DNA from: Escherichia phage PSD2001
DNA length: 64,000 nt
Sequence record: OK254198.1
Direction: 5' to 3' (one strand)
In this document: one piece after another, positions 41,881 through 51,009 of the stretch
Layout of the letters: the number at the start of each line of letters is the position of its first letter
Position numbering within the stretch: position 1 is the first letter of the stretch
Notes under the pieces: generated by a model
Seen by the model: the letters and a program-made list of their open reading frames with translations, nothing else
Databases searched by the model: none
Told to the model about the DNA's origin: nothing
Position numbers and translations under genes: made by a program

Positions 41881-43941
41881 CTACGAAAGGAATTTAGGAG
41901 GAATAGCTTCCAAATTAATACAACTAGCAAGAATACCAAGACCTTGATTGACTTTCTTCGTTACCCCAGAGGATGCAAACGATGCAAAGTCAACAGATTC
42001 TGCTGGCTCTTCTGGTTCCTTGCCCTGATAAACGACAAGCTCACCAGTTTCCATCAACACATCACCATCATAGATAACTGCATTTTCATCCAGTTGGTCC
42101 GTAGTCTGGATATCAGCTTCCAGCATTTTGACGTTCGCGTTTCCTTGATACGAAGCATCAGTAATTTTGGTAATCTTAACTACAGTCCCACGAGGAAGAA
42201 TAACTTCCTGCTCGGATGGGTTGCTTGACAATTCCCCAGGAACAATTACGTTAATTAAGTCCGCCCCAGAAATTTTCCAACCAACATGCATCATTACGTG
42301 GTCGCGGCGTGCAGCCGGCATATCTGGTAAAACAATTTCGTCATCAGCCTGGAAAGATGTCCCATCACGATAGTCCTGATGAACTGCAGCCATAGCAACG
42401 TTCGCCACCCAGCCACCAAAGATAATCGGTTTAAACGACGTTGATACATAGTTCCTGAAATAAAATAATTTAGATTTCTTAATTTTATCAAATGTAGGAA
42501 CGTTTAAATATTGACCACGCCAAAGAGTTGTATTAGGCGGCAACTTATGTCCAATTTCAAAGGCCGAATCCAATTCCTTAATTGTTTCGACAACTCTGTC
42601 TAGATTTAGGAATTCAGCTTCTTCTTCATAATATTTACCCATCAAATAATTATTAATATCGGCATAGTTTGCTCCACAATAATCTGCAATTGCTTCTCGC
42701 TGGCCATAATGGAAACGGTTGTCAGTATACCCTGCTGTGAAATTAAGAGTATTTTCTGATGCTTCTTCGGCAAAGTCTTTAACTGCAACACGAATGGCGC
42801 TCGTGTATTCTTTTTCCCAGAGCGAGGCTGCATAAGTAGCTGCATCCAGGTTAGGAGGAGCATCATTCATTTTTCTTTCGATAAATGCAGCTTTGCGAAG
42901 GTTAAGAATCTCGGCACATGATTCGGCAAAAATCTGCATCTGCTTCATACTACCAACCGGAGCACGTTTAAGTTCACGATGCATACGGTTAAAAATTGGG
43001 TCAGAGTCTTCAACACGAATTTCTTCTTTCCAAACACCATTTGCTCGCATAGCCGTATCTGCTGCACGCATACGAGCCATAGTATTCGTTTCGGAAGGTC
43101 GAACAAAAATTTCCAGTTCTTCATAATCATCGATAAGTTCTGCCGTAGCCGGTCGACTAAACTTAGCAGCTTCTGCATCAATTTCGTCCCAGCCATCGGG
43201 CACGGAATCACTTGGAGCGTACTGGGCTTGTGCAATAGCTCGGCGACTGATTTTAGTTTTCTGGGCAACAGCAGCATCGGTCTTTTTGTTTGCTGCATCA
43301 ATCAGAACTTCGGCTGCGATTTCTTGTTTGGAGACTTGTGCGCCTGTATCTTTATTAGTGAATACATCGCCGACTTTAGTTTCAACTTTTTGATATTTCT
43401 CAGGGACCGGTGGCATACCATCAACCGAAAGCAGGTCAACACCCTTTTTGTACATAATTACATAAGCGTTCTTTTTACCGAGGCCAGAAGCATTCGGAAG
43501 AACATGATAACGCCCGCTGGTTTTCATTTGAATCAGTCGATTCATAATACGAATAACAGCTTGGTCTTGTCCTTTCATCTTTTTGGATGGGAAACGGAAC
43601 AAGACTACATCAGGTTTACCTAGTTTAATGCTTTCCCAGACTGTAACAAAAATCAGGTTAATTGCATCAAGAGGTTTTTCACCTAGACCACCCTTCAGAG
43701 GAACAGCATGGCCATGTGAAGTCCCGGAGAGCAGGAATACCTCGGCAATTGCATCACCACGTTTATATTGTTTAACTGTTTCTTTGCCCGTAAATTGCAT
43801 CAAACGAGCCATAAGAGAATTGGTCCCAGGAACACCGAATTGCCAAACCTGTGGGACCTTGTATTTTGGATTCATATTAATGACAGGATAACCGAAGGCT
43901 TCGATATATTTGTCAAAGAGTTCATTTAATTGTTCAGACAT
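41881..43941 (-). CDS. alt: Alt-like ADP-ribosyltransferase, paralog 1 (distal)
   Basis: 686 aa (T4 Alt 682 aa); C-terminal ART-like motifs (YVSTSF, SEQEVILPRGT). Confidence 0.8.
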   Translation of the reverse strand: MSEQLNELFDKYIEAFGYPVINMNPKYKVPQVWQFGVPGTNSLMARLMQFTGKETVKQYKRGDAIAEVFLLSGTSHGHAVPLKGGLGEKPLDAINLIFVTVWESIKLGKPDVVLFRFPSKKMKGQDQAVIRIMNRLIQMKTSGRYHVLPNASGLGKKNAYVIMYKKGVDLLSVDGMPPVPEKYQKVETKVGDVFTNKDTGAQVSKQEIAAEVLIDAANKKTDAAVAQKTKISRRAIAQAQYAPSDSVPDGWDEIDAEAAKFSRPATAELIDDYEELEIFVRPSETNTMARMRAADTAMRANGVWKEEIRVEDSDPIFNRMHRELKRAPVGSMKQMQIFAESCAEILNLRKAAFIERKMNDAPPNLDAATYAASLWEKEYTSAIRVAVKDFAEEASENTLNFTAGYTDNRFHYGQREAIADYCGANYADINNYLMGKYYEEEAEFLNLDRVVETIKELDSAFEIGHKLPPNTTLWRGQYLNVPTFDKIKKSKLFYFRNYVSTSFKPIIFGGWVANVAMAAVHQDYRDGTSFQADDEIVLPDMPAARRDHVMMHVGWKISGADLINVIVPGELSSNPSEQEVILPRGTVVKITKITDASYQGNANVKMLEADIQTTDQLDENAVIYDGDVLMETGELVVYQGKEPEEPAESVDFASFASSGVTKKVNQGLGILASCINLEAIPPKFLS

Positions 43942-43950
43942 TTTTAACCC

Positions 43951-45825
43951 TTAATTGAGAAGGTGTACAAGTTTTTCCATAGACAAATCATAAGAGATTC
44001 TGTCATATTTTTTCAAAAGCGAATTTGATTCGTCTATCTGGTCATTTTCTAAGATAGAGCATTCAACGAGAATGTATTTACCCATCGAACCCATCATGCC
44101 AGCTGTAGCACCATAGACTTTATCAATCTTAAGCATTGTTCCACGTGGAAGAATAACTTCGGTTTCAACGGACCAGTTTGCCAGGTCACCAGGAATAACT
44201 ACCTTGATATTTTCTGCACCTTTGATAATCATACCAATCTTGATTGTAGGTTTCGCCGAACCAGTTGCACTTTTAATAGTTGCATCGATTGCCCCATCAT
44301 CGATATCACTCGATAATGCATTTGGGTCAAGGTTCGCAGCGGTGTGGCCCATACGACCGAAAATATTTGGCGCCAGAGATGTACTCGCAAACATAGGAAG
44401 ATACATCGTTTTATTTTTGATGGAATTAATTGCCATATCGGTTGGCATGACTTGAGCACGGTAGATGATAGTTCCTTTTGGAAGCTTAACACCGTTTTCA
44501 AATACTTTATCCATATCGGAAATCATTTTGATTTCGCTTTCTTTTGCGTCAGCTTTCCCTAGCAGGAAATTATTGATTGCAGTATATTTTCCGCGAGTAT
44601 ACGCCTTAATTGCTTCGGCCTGGTCTTCAGTTATTTCAGGGTTGTCGGAGATATGAAATAATGGTTGGATGGCCTTGGTGTAAATTTCATCTGCAATAAT
44701 ACGAATAGCTTCTTTAGTCTTATCTTCGCGCGCCCAGGTTCCCACAATGGAGTCGTCAAGCAACATATCAGCAACTCTACGCAATGTATCAACAGGATTC
44801 TTTGAGGCTCGCAGGACGTTCGAAAACTCACTTATTTTGTGTTCCATGCCGACTTCTTTAAGAGCATTAAGCACATCCATAGCTACACGAGTTTTTGTCT
44901 TATCTTCACCGACATCGCCTTGCGCGACTAAATCAAAATAATCTGCATATTCATCACCTGCTCGGTCGATTACTTTTATCGAAGCTTTAGCTATCTGACT
45001 TTCTCTGGCATCATCTGTTGAATGCACTGCGCTGGTAGTCGAGAGCTTCGTATAAATCTCTTTATGTTCTGGCGAGAATTTAGCAAGCCCAGTTGGTTCG
45101 TTCCCCGAATACAACGCATTAATAGCCGCGCGTTTAGAAAACTTGGTTTTAACAACAACTGCCTGGTCTGTACGTTTTTCTTCAACCTTTGCAATGGATG
45201 CTGCAATAGCTTCATTTTTGGTAACAGTTTCACCGCTGGCTTTATCCACATAAACATCACCAACTTTCGATTCCACTTTTGTGTATAGCTCAGTGTTGAT
45301 GCCTGGAATTCCGGCGATAGATTCAATCGGTTTGGATTTACGATAAATCAATACGTAAGTATGTTTACCTGTGTATTGATACATATCATCCAGGACTTTG
45401 AATTGGCCACCCGCGCGAGCCATAATAAGTCGAGCAAGAACACGCTGAATGGTTCGTTCTTGCCCCTTCATTTTACGGGTCGGGAAGCGGAACATAATTG
45501 CATCCATTTTCATCAGTTTTACTTGTTCGTAAACTACATCAAAAATGGATTTAATTGCTCCAATCGGGTTATCACCAAGACCACCTTTAAGAATAGCTGG
45601 AGTACCGTTTGAATTTAATGACATCAAAATAACGTGTGCATACTTATCGCCAGTTTTGACCTGTTTAATAGCATCGCCTTCGGATGCGTAAGACACCATA
45701 CGAGCAATAAGATTATCATTCCCCGGGACCTGGATATTCCAAATCTGTGGAACTTTTGACTTTGAAAGGTTAATGGCCGGGATATTAGATTCCCCTTCAA
45801 AAACCTCTGACAATAATTCGGTCAT
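43951..45825 (-). CDS. Alt-like ADP-ribosyltransferase, paralog 2 (proximal)
   Basis: 624 aa; collinear with paralog 1 (PQ.W...VPG...L.ARM, FASTSL, ETEVILPRGT); 9-nt spacer to paralog 1. Confidence 0.75.
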   Translation of the reverse strand: MTELLSEVFEGESNIPAINLSKSKVPQIWNIQVPGNDNLIARMVSYASEGDAIKQVKTGDKYAHVILMSLNSNGTPAILKGGLGDNPIGAIKSIFDVVYEQVKLMKMDAIMFRFPTRKMKGQERTIQRVLARLIMARAGGQFKVLDDMYQYTGKHTYVLIYRKSKPIESIAGIPGINTELYTKVESKVGDVYVDKASGETVTKNEAIAASIAKVEEKRTDQAVVVKTKFSKRAAINALYSGNEPTGLAKFSPEHKEIYTKLSTTSAVHSTDDARESQIAKASIKVIDRAGDEYADYFDLVAQGDVGEDKTKTRVAMDVLNALKEVGMEHKISEFSNVLRASKNPVDTLRRVADMLLDDSIVGTWAREDKTKEAIRIIADEIYTKAIQPLFHISDNPEITEDQAEAIKAYTRGKYTAINNFLLGKADAKESEIKMISDMDKVFENGVKLPKGTIIYRAQVMPTDMAINSIKNKTMYLPMFASTSLAPNIFGRMGHTAANLDPNALSSDIDDGAIDATIKSATGSAKPTIKIGMIIKGAENIKVVIPGDLANWSVETEVILPRGTMLKIDKVYGATAGMMGSMGKYILVECSILENDQIDESNSLLKKYDRISYDLSMEKLVHLLN

Positions 45826-45850
45826 ATTGTTTTCCTTATAAAATATGATG

Positions 45851-45858
45851 TATTTATA
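45851..45858 (-). promoter_or_regulatory. T4-type late promoter (TATAAATA) for the alt pair
   Basis: Minus strand CGTATAAATACATC, 26 nt upstream of the paralog 2 ATG. Confidence 0.5.
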
Positions 45859-45866
45859 CGAAAAAA

Positions 45867-45890
45867 GGGCCGAAGCCCTTTTGTTATTTT
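45867..45890. terminator. Terminator after gene 30
   Basis: GGGCCGAAGCCC hairpin; on the minus strand it is followed by TTTTTTCG. Confidence 0.65.
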
Positions 45891-47425
45891 AATCCAGTCT
45901 TTGACCAGTCGCCAAATACATCTTCGAATGTGTCTGCATGGTCTTTATCGAAACGGAACCCTTTGATAATCGGCAGGAACAATGCAACCGTATTATCTTT
46001 ACGAGTCTCGGAAGTCAACCAACCATTACATTCACAGTCAGCAATCATTCCAACCAATTCACCTTTACGAGCTTTAACCATTAAGGCTTCACGGTCCATT
46101 TCATGACGCTCATCAATCGGAATAGAAACCCATTTTTTGGTTTTCTTATCTTTAACTTGAGTTGTGTCTTTAAAACCAGAACCACAGTTATTTCTAATCT
46201 TACCACAAGAAGAACGAAGCACAACACCGCCAATCTTATTCGGGTCTTTATCGTGCTCGTAATATTCAATGATTTCCATTGCAATGTCAATTACTTCTTT
46301 GAACTTATACAGGTTCTTTGAGCGCTTGTTTTCCCAAATCGATGCCATGTTCTTAAGGATAATACCTTCAAGACCTTCATCCACATATTTCTTATAGATA
46401 ACCTTCGCTTCATCGAGATTGTTAACAACATGGTTTTCAATCAGAATCATGCGGTCGAAACCATGTAGCACCACGTTATCTGCAATCATCTTTTCCAGAA
46501 CAGCAAAACGCACATCATATTTCAACGGATTGAGAATCTTAACATCAGAATAGACTTCAATCAGTGGAACATAATCCCAAACCTGGAATTTCATGCAAGA
46601 AGCTTCTGTTGCAGAAATAGTTCCTTTTAATGATTTGTTTGCCAGACCATTTGAAAAGGTTCTTGATTCTGCGAATTCCGCGAATTCTTTTGCCTTACTA
46701 AGCTCAGGCATATCGTCAAAAAGGAAGCCCAAACCGTCATTCTGGGGAGCTACTTTCTGTTCATGGTATACTAACTCGCCGTCAATCAAAACGCCCTCAG
46801 GATGTCTCTCACGCGCTTCACGGGTAGCTTCAATCAATTCCTTTTTAAGGAGGTCAAGCTTGAGGTATTCGTTGCCAGCTCGGGATAACAATCGAACATC
46901 ATCCAACTCATCGCCACGAACTTCTGCAAAACACCGAGCGCCGTCGGCTTTCAATTGCGCAAAGGCCGGGAACTTAATGTTCTTGGCAATACCGGCTTCA
47001 TCATAGGAAGAAGCGAGCATCTGTGGTTGTTCAGGAATTAAACCTTTCCAAACCTTATTCGCAATTGATACGGATGCCCCGCATTCCAGGTCACGCATCA
47101 TCACACGGCGAAGAACTTCAACATCAGCCTTTTTACCATCTGCAATATAGCCAGATAATTCCTCGATTGCAGCATTACCTGTCAATTTGCGAGAGGCCAA
47201 TGTGAATTCGATAAAGTCAAGCATATCATCGATATTCAGCATACCAAAGCTTTGTGTCGTTGCCCCAGGTTTAGGCCATTTCTTAATATAGAACTGGATG
47301 CCTTTGGAATATGTCAAACGATACACGCGTTTAAGGGTTTCATTGTCAGAATACGATTCCAGGATAGCTTGTTTCTCTTTAGTGGAATCGGTTGCAGCAA
47401 TTTCATTTAAAATATCTAAAATCAT
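45884..47425 (-). CDS. 30: ATP-dependent DNA ligase gp30
   Basis: 513 aa from ATG at 47425 (AAGAGGTGA RBS); strong similarity to remembered T4 DNA ligase (MIL.ILNEIA...KRVYRLTYS...YIKKWPKPG). Confidence 0.92.
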   Translation of the reverse strand: MILDILNEIAATDSTKEKQAILESYSDNETLKRVYRLTYSKGIQFYIKKWPKPGATTQSFGMLNIDDMLDFIEFTLASRKLTGNAAIEELSGYIADGKKADVEVLRRVMMRDLECGASVSIANKVWKGLIPEQPQMLASSYDEAGIAKNIKFPAFAQLKADGARCFAEVRGDELDDVRLLSRAGNEYLKLDLLKKELIEATREARERHPEGVLIDGELVYHEQKVAPQNDGLGFLFDDMPELSKAKEFAEFAESRTFSNGLANKSLKGTISATEASCMKFQVWDYVPLIEVYSDVKILNPLKYDVRFAVLEKMIADNVVLHGFDRMILIENHVVNNLDEAKVIYKKYVDEGLEGIILKNMASIWENKRSKNLYKFKEVIDIAMEIIEYYEHDKDPNKIGGVVLRSSCGKIRNNCGSGFKDTTQVKDKKTKKWVSIPIDERHEMDREALMVKARKGELVGMIADCECNGWLTSETRKDNTVALFLPIIKGFRFDKDHADTFEDVFGDWSKTGLK

Positions 47426-47434
47426 AATCACCTC

Positions 47435-47713
47435 TTAGTCGTTGGCTCTATTATATGCCACATCTTCCAAAAGCAAATCCAGGCGTTTGTGATAAGTGAA
47501 CACAAATTTAGTCGCTCCATCTGGTTTCATTTTAGTCATGAAGTGAACATAGATAAATCCTTGCTCAACACATTCACGCCAAACCGGATGGTCTTTGGCC
47601 GGATTAATATCAAACGAGTAATCATGATTCACATGACGAATAAACTGATTAACATGGCCATAATCCATGGTAGTAGTAGGACCGTAATCAGAAATAGTAT
47701 GAACGACAAACAT
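47435..47713 (-). CDS. Hypothetical protein (30.1 position)
   Basis: 92-aa ORF from ATG at 47713 overlapping the upstream stop (TGATG). Confidence 0.55.
   Translation of the reverse strand: MFVVHTISDYGPTTTMDYGHVNQFIRHVNHDYSFDINPAKDHPVWRECVEQGFIYVHFMTKMKPDGATKFVFTYHKRLDLLLEDVAYNRAND
47450..47477 (-). promoter_or_regulatory. Middle promoter for gene 30 (MotA box TTTGCTTTT, 13 nt, TATAAT)
   Basis: Minus strand ATTTGCTTTTggaagatgtggcaTATAAT within the 3' end of the upstream ORF. Confidence 0.45.
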
Positions 47714-48528
47714 CAATTACCCCCTTGGCCGCCAGTCGGTTGATTGTACCAATATTCAATGCCAGTACCTACGCGTGGACCATATTGATATGGATACGCT
47801 GGATTATATCCAGGAGTCCATGGTTGTCCAGGGCGCCAGCCTTGTTGCAGAAGACGACGAGTTTCACGAAACAGCTCGCCCAGTTTACGGAGTTCATCAG
47901 GGGTGTATTCTGGCTTGACCGGTTCATCTTTGTGTTTCAGTTTAAGCTGTCCAGCAACATCGTCCCAGTTAAAAACTTTGGAAGCTGTTTTAGGAATAGC
48001 ATCACGTTCACCACGAGCCATCCAATAAACCGGGACTTCAAGGATTTCACTCGCATGGTCGCAATGGTGTGCAAGGTCATCAATATAACAAACGACATTA
48101 TATTTGTCTTTTGCCTTCTGAAATAACTCTTCTTTAGAGGCTGTATGACCACACATCATCACTTCTTTAAACGCCCCAGGGAACAAAGCATTCAGGTTGA
48201 ATTGACGATTCAGGCGAGCATCAATAGAATCACCCAGGGCTGTAACAGCCACAAAATCATATTGCTCTTTGAGGTTATTAATAACCCTTAACGCATCTGT
48301 GTAAGGAGACAAATAGCGAATAAAATCTGAACAGTTATATTTTTCAATTAACTGTGCACCCAACTCTTCATCGCAATTGAACAGTTTACCAGGGGTCACA
48401 AATTTTTCATCCTGAATCATTTTAAGGATATGTTCCAGGGGTAAATTATATTTTTGGGCGAAATAAGGCAAGCCAGACTGCCATGACAAACATACGCCAT
48501 CAATATCTGTTAAAATAACGGGTTTCAT
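47713..48528 (-). CDS. HAD-superfamily phosphatase-like protein with Gly/Pro/Tyr-rich C-terminal tail
   Basis: 271 aa; HAD motif I ILTDIDGV and YIDD motif; last about 45 aa are low-complexity (GWRPGQPWTPGYNPAYPYQYGPRVGTG...GGQGGN). Confidence 0.6.
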   Translation of the reverse strand: MKPVILTDIDGVCLSWQSGLPYFAQKYNLPLEHILKMIQDEKFVTPGKLFNCDEELGAQLIEKYNCSDFIRYLSPYTDALRVINNLKEQYDFVAVTALGDSIDARLNRQFNLNALFPGAFKEVMMCGHTASKEELFQKAKDKYNVVCYIDDLAHHCDHASEILEVPVYWMARGERDAIPKTASKVFNWDDVAGQLKLKHKDEPVKPEYTPDELRKLGELFRETRRLLQQGWRPGQPWTPGYNPAYPYQYGPRVGTGIEYWYNQPTGGQGGN

Positions 48529-48983
48529 AATGCATCTCTCAATTGGTTAAGTATGTCAATAAATTCTTGTTCAGTCAATATTGTATCATGAACAGTAAGG
48601 TGACTTGCCATCGAATGCTTTAAAACTTTGCCCTTTGTGGCTTGTAATGCGTCGCGGAATCCTTTGTTTTGGAGCGCTGCTTCAAAATATGCATTTGTAT
48701 ACAACTCTTTCCATGATGTAGAGTATCTTGAAAAGGGAATTCCAAGCCAGAAAAGCGTCCCACGGTCCGCAGCTCTTGCATAAGCTCTTCCACTTTGCTG
48801 GGCGGCCAATCCGGACATCCCAAATATACGTTTTTGTTGTTCATTATTTCTCACCTTGCACCCTTGGAGGAAGCCTTCAAGACCTCCAAACTGGATACCC
48901 TCCATAACAAAAGGCCATTTAGCAAAGTTACTTAATGCACATGACGGCCATGGGAAATTGCTTCTGATTTCTAACTCAGACAT
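48525..48983 (-). CDS. YbiA/NADAR-like (DUF1768-type) protein (30.3 position)
   Basis: 152 aa from the internal ATG; LSNFAKWPF...GIQF...EGFLQGCK resembles the FSNFA.WP...EHYFQA.K core of E. coli YbiA. Confidence 0.55.
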   Translation of the reverse strand: MSELEIRSNFPWPSCALSNFAKWPFVMEGIQFGGLEGFLQGCKVRNNEQQKRIFGMSGLAAQQSGRAYARAADRGTLFWLGIPFSRYSTSWKELYTNAYFEAALQNKGFRDALQATKGKVLKHSMASHLTVHDTILTEQEFIDILNQLRDAL

Positions 48984-49188
48984 CTTTGACACTGATAATC
49001 TTGGTTGCATACCACATGCCATGGTCTGGCAATCTTTCTTTAATTGACCGTCCGCGATATGTTTTTCGCATAACAACAGTTTTAATAGCATCTTCATCGC
49101 AAGCATATGGCGGTGATAAATCAATAACACGATAAGTCACTTCAACCATTTCCAAGCCAAACAGCTTTTTAAATAATTTCTTAATCAT
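48976..49188 (-). CDS. Hypothetical 70-aa protein, tandem paralog B
   Basis: Shares M.KKL..K..G.EMVEVTYR..D.SP...R.P..G.W....IISVKD with the adjacent ORF. Confidence 0.55.
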   Translation of the reverse strand: MIKKLFKKLFGLEMVEVTYRVIDLSPPYACDEDAIKTVVMRKTYRGRSIKERLPDHGMWYATKIISVKDV

Positions 49189-49197
49189 GAAGATTCC

Positions 49198-49410
49198 TTA
49201 AATATCTTTGACGCTGATAATCTCTACATCAGCCCAATGACCATAACCAGGTAGACGGTCTTTAATAGATAATCCACCGTCAGATTTCAGCATTTTAATT
49301 GTTTTAGTATATGGTTCAATATTTCGGGCCCATGGACTCACGTCTGTTATGCGATAAGTCACTTCAACCATTTCTGTTCCCAAAATTTTCTGAATCAGTT
49401 TCTTAAACAT
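49198..49410 (-). CDS. Hypothetical 70-aa protein, tandem paralog A
   Basis: About half the residues identical to paralog B. Confidence 0.55.
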   Translation of the reverse strand: MFKKLIQKILGTEMVEVTYRITDVSPWARNIEPYTKTIKMLKSDGGLSIKDRLPGYGHWADVEIISVKDI

Positions 49411-49411
49411 A

Positions 49412-49606
49412 TTATCCTCGCCTTAAACATTTGATTACAGACAGTTCACCGTCCATGCGAACGTCTTCAGTTCCATCAACCCACAGGACTACATAGGCTT
49501 CTTTAATTTGGTTATTACCCAATTTAAAAGCAGGTAAGACCTTAGAAATCATTCCAGGAATACCCACACCTTTTAACTGGACAGTTTGCGATAAGAATAG
49601 TTGCAT
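49412..49606 (-). CDS. Hypothetical protein
   Basis: 64-aa ATG-initiated ORF in the tightly packed minus-strand block. Confidence 0.45.
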   Translation of the reverse strand: MQLFLSQTVQLKGVGIPGMISKVLPAFKLGNNQIKEAYVVLWVDGTEDVRMDGELSVIKCLRRG

Positions 49607-49893
49607 TAGAACCTCATCTGGAAACCGTGTGATTTAACATTACCGCCATTAATATCAGACGAATTAATTTCACGTGCTGCAATTGGTTCAATATCAATGT
49701 CGCGTCTAAGCTTGGTGATTGCCAGAGTATCACGTCCATTAACAGTCCTGAATTCAACTGGACAAACTATATCAACATAGTTCTTAATGGATTCTTTAGT
49801 TGGTTCACGCCCAGCAGGAACATTAGGGCCTTTTTTAGAGAAAACAACTTCACAGAAATTTTTGCGTGTATCAAAGTAGGTAGTCATAAACAT
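49606..49893 (-). CDS. Hypothetical protein
   Basis: 95 aa from the ATG at 49893 with a GAGGA RBS; the track start at 49923 has no RBS. Confidence 0.45.
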   Translation of the reverse strand: MFMTTYFDTRKNFCEVVFSKKGPNVPAGREPTKESIKNYVDIVCPVEFRTVNGRDTLAITKLRRDIDIEPIAAREINSSDINGGNVKSHGFQMRF

Positions 49894-49929
49894 AGTATTT
49901 TCCTCAAGGGGCTTTCGCCCCATTTAAGA

Positions 49930-50295
49930 TTAGATATCAAATTCATTAAGAACTACATCAAAGATTGCTTCCAGGTGTTCAGGTTTTGCTTTGTTGCTCA
50001 GGATGTGACGAATCCAAGTTTTAACCAGAAGCTTGCGATTAACACCATTCCAGCAAGGATGAGTCCCTAAATCACGTTCACGGAAATCATCATCTAAAGC
50101 AATTTTAAAAGTTGAACCAGTCATAGTGATTGAAAGAGTGATACCATTTTCAAATCGCATATAAACGTAGTTAGGAGTCATATATTGTTCAATTTCACAT
50201 ACTGAACCGTTTTGATGTTTCCACAAGCAAATAACTTCAGAAGAACCTGGGATGCAGTTAGAAACATATTTGCGTTCAAAGTTGATGTAGTTCAT
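49930..50295 (-). CDS. Hypothetical protein
   Basis: 121-aa ORF preceded by the shared leader and GGAG RBS. Confidence 0.55.
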   Translation of the reverse strand: MNYINFERKYVSNCIPGSSEVICLWKHQNGSVCEIEQYMTPNYVYMRFENGITLSITMTGSTFKIALDDDFRERDLGTHPCWNGVNRKLLVKTWIRHILSNKAKPEHLEAIFDVVLNEFDI

Positions 50296-50331
50296 TTTAT
50301 TCTCCAGTGTTTGGTTTGTTGGTACAGGTCT

Positions 50332-50360
50332 ATAATATCATAACCTGTACCAAAGTAAAC
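50332..50360 (-). promoter_or_regulatory. Early-type promoter (GTTTAC, 17 nt, TATTAT) embedded in a 9-bp inverted repeat
   Basis: Minus strand GTTTACtttggtacaggttatgaTATTATAGACCTGTACC; the arms GGTACAGGT (50321-50329) and ACCTGTACC (50343-50351) bracket the -10. Confidence 0.45.
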
Positions 50361-50364
50361 TGTT

Positions 50365-50733
50365 TTATGCGACTTTAATCCAATTATCTAAATTTAATTC
50401 ACCCTTAGCTTTCATTTTTTCAATCAAATCATCAGCAGTAGTGCGACCATTTTGATACCATGTAACATCTTCAGAATAACCAGTTTCTTCATCTTCATAG
50501 GTCTTACAACGAATCTTACCAGTTATGATAGTTTTCAGTTCGTAGGTATCACCAGTAAAAAAGTTTGTTACCATAATTTTCCAGGAGAAGTCATCAGAAG
50601 GACCTTCTGGAGTCATGCAAGAAACGAATTCAAATTGTTCTTTATACAAGTGCCATTGCATTTCTTTAGTTTCAATGGCTTTGTAACCGTCGTGGTCTTT
50701 ACCTTTGATGTATGAGTTAAGATTGATTTTCAT
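50365..50733 (-). CDS. Hypothetical protein
   Basis: 122-aa ORF preceded by the promoter-leader cassette. Confidence 0.55.
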   Translation of the reverse strand: MKINLNSYIKGKDHDGYKAIETKEMQWHLYKEQFEFVSCMTPEGPSDDFSWKIMVTNFFTGDTYELKTIITGKIRCKTYEDEETGYSEDVTWYQNGRTTADDLIEKMKAKGELNLDNWIKVA

Positions 50734-50774
50734 TTTATTCTCCAGTGTTTTATTGTGTAACTCAGTATGGAATC

Positions 50775-50804
50775 ATTATGCACTGGACCAACCCTGTTGT
50801 AAAC
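50775..50804 (-). promoter_or_regulatory. Early-type promoter (GTTTAC, 18 nt, CATAAT) with conserved leader
   Basis: Minus strand GTTTACaacagggttggtccagtgCATAATGATTCCATACTGAGTTACAC, near-identical to the cassette at 25331-25400. Confidence 0.5.
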
Positions 50805-50813
50805 CCCTTTATG

Positions 50814-50842
50814 GAAAATAAAAAGGGACTCCGAAGAGTCCC
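50814..50842 (-). terminator. Rho-independent terminator after the 53-aa basic protein gene
   Basis: Minus strand GGGACTCTTCGGAGTCCC followed by TTTTTATTTT. Confidence 0.65.
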
Positions 50843-50847
50843 TGAAC

Positions 50848-51009
50848 TTATGCTTTCGGCTTACCAAAGCAAGCTGCATCGGCACGCAATACCGCACGAG
50901 CACGAGCCTGAAGTTTATCAGTTACCTGATTGATTCGCTTGTTGGACGCACGCTTGTAACCAGCGCGTTTGGAGGAGCCATCAACAACTTTAACTTCTTT
51001 CTTAGCCAT
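50848..51009 (-). CDS. Small basic protein (53 aa)
   Basis: Manually translated ORF MAKKEVKVVDGSSKRAGYKRASNKRINQVTDKLQARARAVLRADAACFGKPKA; absent from the ORF track because it is under 60 aa; followed by its own terminator. Confidence 0.45.
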   Translation of the reverse strand: MAKKEVKVVDGSSKRAGYKRASNKRINQVTDKLQARARAVLRADAACFGKPKA

